From contig CAZTDD010000010.1 in assembly GCA_964612675.1 (NCBI GenBank), forward strand, positions 12,187 through 76,186: a stretch of 64,000 nucleotides of DNA, in the 5' to 3' direction. A program made the position numbers and the translations under genes. The notes below the pieces were generated by a model. That model did no database searches, was not told where the DNA came from, and saw nothing but the letters and a program-made list of their open reading frames with translations. The DNA comes from an uncultured bacterium (GTDB taxonomy: Bacteria; Hinthialibacterota; Hinthialibacteria; Hinthialibacterales; JAKPRU01). Below, piece by piece: positions 59,246-64,000 of the stretch (position 1 is its first letter; every line of letters starts with the position of its first letter).

Positions 59246-60280
59246 ATGATCAAAACGATTTCCTTACTTTGGATGACCATGACTCTTGTTCAGCCATCCG
59301 TGGTGCCCGAGGGACAACCGTTACAACCGTTAGTGGTGCGCCATCGCGCAATGGCGACAGAGTTCGAGTTGTATCTGTATGGGGATAATCCGGGACGGTT
59401 GCAGTGGGCGGCGGAGGAAGCTTTTGAAGAAGTGGACTGGTTGGAAAAACAGCTGAGTGTGTACGAGGAAACCAGCGAGGTTTCCGGGATCAACGCCCGC
59501 GCCGCGACGGAGAGCGTGACTGTGGAACCGGGGTTGTTTCGCTTACTCGAAATCAGCAAGGAGATTTGGTGCGATACAGACGGAGCGTTCGATATCACCG
59601 TCATGCCTCTTGTGCGCACATGGGGGTTCTTTCGAGGCCGCGGCAGTCTGCCTACTGACGAGGCTATCGCTGAAGTTCTTCCCAAGATTGGAATGGAACA
59701 TGTGATTCTCGATTCCGAGCGTCGCAGTATTCGGTTTGAAATTCCCGGTATCGAGATCAATCTGGGCGGGATCGGGAAAGGATACACCGTCGATCTGATT
59801 GTCGAGGTTTTGGAGCGGAACGGGGTGAAATCTGCGTTCGTGAATGCGGGTGGCAGCACGTTTTATGCGCTGGGAACTCCGCCCGGAGAAGAGGGCTGGC
59901 AGGTGGGGATTCGTGACCCATTTGATCAAGATAAACATGTTCAGATTGTATCTCTTTGTGACCGTTCCTTGTCGACCTCAGGTAATTATGAGAGATTCTT
60001 TGAGCATGAAGGCCGGATTTATTGTCATATTCTGGATCCCCGGACGGGGCGGCCGGTCGAGAATATGCTCAGCGCAACCGCGTTGGCGCCGACAGCGACG
60101 GAGACGGACGCTCTTTCGACAGCGTTTTTTGTTGTGGGTCCACAGGGCACGGATTCTTACTGTTGTTCCCATGAGAGCGTGAGCGCGGTACTATTAGTAG
60201 CAGAAGAAGGTTTAGAAAGTTATCAACTTAGAGAATTCAATTTGGAGGAGAATTCCAAAAGGATAGGTGAAGAAAGATGA
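59246..60280 (+). CDS. apbE: FAD:protein FMN transferase ApbE
   Basis: AMAT, GAFDITV.PL..WG, LGGIGKGY, W.VGIRDP, STSGNYER, HILDPRTG, DALSTA. Confidence 0.95.
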   Translation: MIKTISLLWMTMTLVQPSVVPEGQPLQPLVVRHRAMATEFELYLYGDNPGRLQWAAEEAFEEVDWLEKQLSVYEETSEVSGINARAATESVTVEPGLFRLLEISKEIWCDTDGAFDITVMPLVRTWGFFRGRGSLPTDEAIAEVLPKIGMEHVILDSERRSIRFEIPGIEINLGGIGKGYTVDLIVEVLERNGVKSAFVNAGGSTFYALGTPPGEEGWQVGIRDPFDQDKHVQIVSLCDRSLSTSGNYERFFEHEGRIYCHILDPRTGRPVENMLSATALAPTATETDALSTAFFVVGPQGTDSYCCSHESVSAVLLVAEEGLESYQLREFNLEENSKRIGEER

Positions 60281-61710
60281 ATAATGAGAAACATCGAACT
60301 GATCGGCGCGACTTCATGAAGAAATCCGGTCTGCTCGCCACAGCGCTCTCTGTGGGGGCGGCGCCGGCTTTCACGCAGGACCCTCTAGGTGGGGATAACC
60401 TGGTAAAGGTCGGTTGGATCGGCACCGGTGGCCGGGGCAATCACTTGATGCGAAAAGTAGTGAAGCTGCCCAATGTGAAGGTGACCGCTCTTTGCGATCT
60501 TTGGCCGCCCAACTTGGAGCGGGCAAAAGGAACCTCCGCGAATCCTGACGTGGAAACGTATCAACGTCATGAAGAGATGTTGGACAAGGCGGATATCGAC
60601 TGCGCTGTTGTAACAAGCCCTCTGCACTGGCACGCTCCTCATTCCATTGCCGCCATGAAGGCCGGTAAGCACGTGTTCTGTGAGAAAACAATGGCCGTTT
60701 CGATCGAAGAAGCCAACGAAATGGTTCGAGTCTCGCGGGACACAGGCAAGGTCGTGCAGGTGGGTCTGCAACGCCGGTACAGCCCCATTTACCGTAAAGC
60801 GGTACACATGATCTTCAATCAGGGGCTTCTGGGCCGGATCACCCTGATTCGCTGTCAGTGGCATCGGAATTATATCTGGCGCCGTCCTCACATCGACATG
60901 CAGTTCCCTCCGGGGAGTGAGTACGATGTCGTTCGAGAGTACTACCCCGATATGGAGCACTTTATGAATTGGCGGATGTATTGGGAGTACTCCGGCGGCC
61001 TAATGACGGAGCTCGGCAGTCACCAGCTGGACGTCTGCAGCTGGGTCCTCGGCGGCCATCCGACCGCGGTGACGGGCGTCGGTGGAAACGATTACTGGCT
61101 CGATGACCGCGAGATCTTCGACAACGTGCAGGTCTTTTACGAGTTTGAGATCCACCCGAGTGCGGAGAACAGGAAAGCGTTCTTCTCATCCGAGCCTAGC
61201 GCTCTGTATACCCGCTACCAGGGCGAACAGGCGCTCGAACGGCTGCACACGGAACCGTACACAGCCAAAGTGATGTACTCCTCGATCGGTGCGAACGCTC
61301 ATGACGGAGCGTCTGAACAGATCATGGGCGATCGTGGGACGATCCTGCTGACGACGACAAAAGGTCTGTTCTTCGAGGAAGCCAAAGCGCCGAAGCTCGC
61401 TTGGGGCGACCAGGCGATGTCCAAAGCGGAGCTGGCTGCGAAAGCCGCCAAGGTGATCACCTCCGGTGCAACCCATGACCTCAGTATGGATCCGCAGGAA
61501 GATCAGGGAGAACCCTTCGCGCGGCCCATGGTCGGAATGGACTTTGAAGATATCGAACTTTCGGACTTCTTCGAATGTGTCCGTACGCCGGGCAAGACGC
61601 CTTACTGCGACGTGGTCAAGGGCCGGAATGACGCCGTGATGGCCCTGATCGCCAACGAAGCGATGAGAGAGAAGAAACGCATCGTGATCGACGAGTCCTA
61701 CTACGCATAA
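60277..61710 (+). CDS. Tat-exported Gfo/Idh/MocA oxidoreductase
   Basis: DRRDFMK signal; IGTGGRG, GKHVFCEK, QVGLQRR, NWR.YW.YSGGLMTELGSHQ.D; ATGA overlap with apbE. Confidence 0.93.
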   Translation: MNNEKHRTDRRDFMKKSGLLATALSVGAAPAFTQDPLGGDNLVKVGWIGTGGRGNHLMRKVVKLPNVKVTALCDLWPPNLERAKGTSANPDVETYQRHEEMLDKADIDCAVVTSPLHWHAPHSIAAMKAGKHVFCEKTMAVSIEEANEMVRVSRDTGKVVQVGLQRRYSPIYRKAVHMIFNQGLLGRITLIRCQWHRNYIWRRPHIDMQFPPGSEYDVVREYYPDMEHFMNWRMYWEYSGGLMTELGSHQLDVCSWVLGGHPTAVTGVGGNDYWLDDREIFDNVQVFYEFEIHPSAENRKAFFSSEPSALYTRYQGEQALERLHTEPYTAKVMYSSIGANAHDGASEQIMGDRGTILLTTTKGLFFEEAKAPKLAWGDQAMSKAELAAKAAKVITSGATHDLSMDPQEDQGEPFARPMVGMDFEDIELSDFFECVRTPGKTPYCDVVKGRNDAVMALIANEAMREKKRIVIDESYYA

Positions 61711-61766
61711 GCAGTAGTTGCGTTCCGATAGAGTCGAGTCATGACATGGTGGTGTGAACGTTCAAT

Positions 61767-61814
61767 AACAGAAGGCATCGTCGCGCTGAGAAGCGGGCGA
61801 TGCCTCTGTTGTTT
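61767..61814 (+). terminator. Putative intrinsic terminator
   Basis: aacagaaggcatcg ... cgatgcctctgtt hairpin followed by gttt. Confidence 0.55.
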
Positions 61815-62042
61815 GGTATTAGCAGGGAAGAAGACGGGGGAAGGGGTTAGGACAGCAGCCCGTCCGAAAGAACATCATCGCTTTGTTCCCACCCCTCTCT
61901 CAAGCGGTTGACAAGACGTTTGGCTTTTGCAGACAGCGTTCGATTGGAAACCCCGCTTTTTCTGGAAGGACTTCTCAACGTGACTGAGCTGCTAGACGGT
62001 TGTCGACAACTCTAAATGTGAATTCTGAGCGAGGAAGAAGAA

Positions 62043-64000
62043 ATGAAGCAACTACGAGTTTATTTAGTACTGGCCGTTGTCGCTGTGATGCTGCTCCCCA
62101 TGATGGGGGCTACACAACCGAGACGCCAGGCGCCGCGCGCCTGTCCGCCATTCCATTTGCGCGACACAATGGGAAACATCATCAATCCGCATGAATGGGA
62201 GCAGGAACTCCAGGAATGGAAAGACATGATGAATTCCTTTGGAGACGGGGTAAACATCGACCCGCTTCTCTATGGAATGACAATCCCGCCATACAGCCCG
62301 AAGAAGACATGCGGAGAATGTCACCGGTATAACAAGATCACGGCCGGCTACCATTTCCGCATGGGGTCGGATGTGCTTCACGATGAGTACGGGGTGGAGC
62401 AGGGCGAGCCGTGGAGTCTCTCAGACGGCACTGTCGGCAAGTTCAGCCGGATGTACTTCCTTCAGTTTCCCCCAAAAAGTTTTGACAGTCCCGCCGAAGT
62501 GGATGTCGGGCTGTATCAATGGGCGGCACGATGCGGTACCTGTCACCCCGGTGGAGGACCGCTGGAGTACGACCGGGAGCGGCACCGTTTGGACGATCGC
62601 GATCCGAAAGGCGCCTCCTCGTTCGATGGCGATTATTTCCAGGCCCATTGGGACCTCAGCGGTGCGATGGAGGCGGATTGCCTCTTCTGCCACCTCAAAA
62701 CCTACTCGTATCAGGAAAGATACGAGCAGGTTCAAGGACTCAATTATCGATGGGCGCCTACCGTCGGAGCGGAACTGGGATCGGTGAATGGTACAGTGGC
62801 AGCCTATTTGGGCAGTCTTGAGGATCCCGACCTCGAAGAGGCGCTGCCGATGCCGACTGTCGAATACGATACGTCGAAGTTCCTGCCCGACGGACGCGTA
62901 CATCTCGATATTCAGCGACCCAATGATGAAAATTGCCTCTTCTGCCACGATCTTTCTTTCGTGGAGAAGCACGGTACGACATTTGGGGATGTATTTGCGG
63001 AGGACGTCCACAGTCACCGCGGTGTAATGTGCACGGATTGTCACGTCGGCGGCCTCCACCACAACTTCGACAAAGGCGACTCCCATGAGTTGACCGTACG
63101 GGACGATCTGGACGGGACTGCATTAACCTGCGAAGAGTGTCATACCGAAGGTTCGCTGGGCGCACCCAAGATGGTCCATAAAGGACTTCCGCCGATACAC
63201 ATGGAGAAGATCGGTTGCGAGGTGTGCCACGTACCGACTCTTCGCGTGGCGGCCATCGGTCTGGTGGATGTCTCGCTTGGGAAACCGTCGACTCGGGCAT
63301 CGCAGGCTCCTTCCTGGTTTGGCTACCGCGAAGAAGAGAGGACGTTGCATCCCTTATGGTATTCGCAGATTCGTCACGTCCTTGAACGAATTCTCCGCAA
63401 AGCGAGCCCCGCCGAACGTGAGGCGTTGGCCGACGAGGACGGCGACGGGATGCCGGACTTTGACACCGAAGATGAAATCAAGAACGCCTTGAAAGAGATG
63501 TACAAAGAGGAACAGTTTGAGGGGCGTCAGCTGGTTTACGTCCGAAAAGGCCAGGTGAAGACATTCGCGCAAGCGTTCGAGGCTTTTCTTGTATACGAGC
63601 TGCTGCCGGACCGGGAGCGAATAACATACGAAGTTTTCAAAGAGCAACCGACTTATCGTCCGAAGTATGGCGATGTGTGGGAATGGCGGCCGACTTACGG
63701 ACTGGACGAGGAAGGCAAGATCCGCGCTTACAACAACCAAACCTGCATCTGGTGGGGACACAAAGACGGCGAACGGATCGTTCCTCTCTTCCTACGGGAG
63801 GTATCGAGCGCCGTCGACCAGGCTGCCGCTCAGATCTGGTACGAGGATCAGTTGGTTGAAATTGACGGACTGATCAAAGAAGAAGAGCAAAAGCTGGAGC
63901 GCGGAGGCATGAGTGCGTTGGAGACCCGTGACAGTCGACAGCAAATCGCGCTTCTTCAGCAGCGCAAACAGGAGTTAAGCCCGGAAGATATCAGTGCCGC
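62043..64000 (+). CDS. Multiheme cytochrome c, MmcA-like (3' truncated by window end)
   Basis: Open frame from ATG 62043 to window end; signal peptide; CGECH, CGTCH, CLFCH, CLFCH, CTDCH, CEECH, CEVCH; PYSPKKTC and CHPGGGPLEYDR motifs. Confidence 0.92.
   Translation, partial: MKQLRVYLVLAVVAVMLLPMMGATQPRRQAPRACPPFHLRDTMGNIINPHEWEQELQEWKDMMNSFGDGVNIDPLLYGMTIPPYSPKKTCGECHRYNKITAGYHFRMGSDVLHDEYGVEQGEPWSLSDGTVGKFSRMYFLQFPPKSFDSPAEVDVGLYQWAARCGTCHPGGGPLEYDRERHRLDDRDPKGASSFDGDYFQAHWDLSGAMEADCLFCHLKTYSYQERYEQVQGLNYRWAPTVGAELGSVNGTVAAYLGSLEDPDLEEALPMPTVEYDTSKFLPDGRVHLDIQRPNDENCLFCHDLSFVEKHGTTFGDVFAEDVHSHRGVMCTDCHVGGLHHNFDKGDSHELTVRDDLDGTALTCEECHTEGSLGAPKMVHKGLPPIHMEKIGCEVCHVPTLRVAAIGLVDVSLGKPSTRASQAPSWFGYREEERTLHPLWYSQIRHVLERILRKASPAEREALADEDGDGMPDFDTEDEIKNALKEMYKEEQFEGRQLVYVRKGQVKTFAQAFEAFLVYELLPDRERITYEVFKEQPTYRPKYGDVWEWRPTYGLDEEGKIRAYNNQTCIWWGHKDGERIVPLFLREVSSAVDQAAAQIWYEDQLVEIDGLIKEEEQKLERGGMSALETRDSRQQIALLQQRKQELSPEDISA

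Overview
Chromosomal window from a GC-rich, probably anaerobic, diderm bacterium. The Pro/Thr-linker surface protein, the 'AFTLIELLIVV' pseudopilin and the C-terminal 'xxWxxY' tail suggest a Sumerlaeota/Hinthialibacterota-like candidate lineage (inference). Contents: two Tat-exported sulfatases, GDPD, two UroD-family proteins, two GT-C glycosyltransferases, folE/queD/folC/nusB/cdsA, a 4-gene ABC exporter, a 1633-aa WD40/PT-linker/pseudo-caspase/dockerin-like protein, and composite MITE/REP arrays. Most notable: (1) a ~10.7 kb locus (40.4-51.1 kb) encoding DUF89, DsrE, TusA, an atypical MvhD, two complementary HdrA proteins and a QmoC-like membrane subunit with no HdrB or AprAB in the window, tied to an ArsR regulator and a PAS kinase/receiver pair by three ATATAA-N8-TTATAT-type boxes; (2) an AT-rich two-gene cassette between two 59-bp attC-like repeats, beside a tyrosine-integrase remnant and tRNA-Trp; (3) an MmcA-like multiheme cytochrome c (at least 7 CxxCH, absent from the ORF track) downstream of apbE, running off the window end. 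All calls are from motif reading by eye; no searches were run.
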